A DNA stretch of 64,000 nucleotides from Isurus oxyrinchus (lineage: Eukaryota). The position numbers were made by a program, and so were the translations under genes. Position 1 is the stretch's first letter. Each line of letters begins with the position of its first letter. The stretch is taken from contig JANJGN010000013.1 of the NCBI GenBank assembly GCA_026770705.1, forward strand, positions 41,168,001 to 41,232,000. The letters run 5' to 3'. The notes below the pieces were generated by a model. That model was not told the DNA's origin. It saw only the letters and a program-made list of their open reading frames with translations, and searched no databases. Of this stretch, positions 63,227-64,000 are shown one piece after another.

Positions 63227-64000
63227 ACAGTGGGGGAGTTATTGATCAATGAAGATAACTGACTTGAAAGTCTCTAAAACAATTCCTCCACATTCCCCAT
63301 TTGGATTTTTTGACAATTACTTTACCTGTTATTTTGAGTAAGCTCGTTGCTGTAATTTTAGGGGAGAGAATTAGGCCAGCAAAGGTGAAAGCAACAACCT
63401 GCCCCCTGCAGATTAATTCATTACCCCCATTATCAATTTTATCCATCATTTTCTTCTCTTTTCTTTAATGATTTAGCTTTTCACTGGGGTGGGTTCCAAA
63501 GGCCCCGATTGCCCTTTGGCAACTTTCCCAAGAGACCATCATCCTTTATTCTTAATGAAGGGGTATTTGACCACATGGATCATCACAGACAAGTCTTATC
63601 CTGTCTTCATTTGACATCAGTACTTCATATTTCCAGAATGAGTCCTTCAGGAGCAGAAACTCAAGTTGATTTTCTTGTCTTCCTACCTCAGGCCTGCCAA
63701 GGCTAACTGAGACCCTAACTTCTATTCTGATTCAGATCAGTCCAGACCTCATGATGCTTTTGCCCACTAATCTTTGGTGGAAGTCCCATTTTTATCTCTT
63801 GACTAATATAGGATTTCTCTCAGATTAGTACTAACTTTTATATGTTCTTTATAGCAAGTTCTTTGCTGCACCTTTGGAGGGAAAGTTGGTGATTGGTCAG
63901 AGGAGTAAACTTCCCTTCTCCCAAATTGTTTAGTGAAGATGCAAACATTGCAGGACAGAGAAAGCTATCGTCACTGATGCTGCATATGACAAGCCTTCTG

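Overview
Eukaryotic, vertebrate genomic DNA. The repeat types (CR1/L2 LINE tails, tRNA-SINEs, palindromic Penelope-like fragments, Harbinger elements) suggest a cartilaginous fish, though this is an inference. The only host protein-coding gene I can support is a complete five-exon LIM-homeobox gene on the minus strand, Lhx5: CDS join 12762-12593, 10771-10548, 9811-9534, 8813-8648, 5979-5594 = 1224 nt, 407 aa + stop, all introns GT-AG. The window splits into two compartments. Positions ~1-30.2 kb are CpG-retaining and poor in transposons, like a developmental-gene methylation valley, and contain candidate enhancers and two CpG islands. Positions ~30.2-64 kb are CpG-depleted and transposon-rich. 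They include a decayed ~4.9-kb PIF/Harbinger transposon (Myb/SANT gene plus DDE transposase, with an internal 290-bp duplication), related MITEs, CR1 and L2 fragments, and SINEs. The most notable non-standard signals are the sharp CpG boundary, fold-back elements carrying a hammerhead-ribozyme core, a hairpin/G-quadruplex and nested YY1 palindrome in the Lhx5 3'UTR, dense neural motif clusters, and a possible distal-promoter/uORF-skipping leader. I found no CRISPR array, rRNA or bona fide tRNA.
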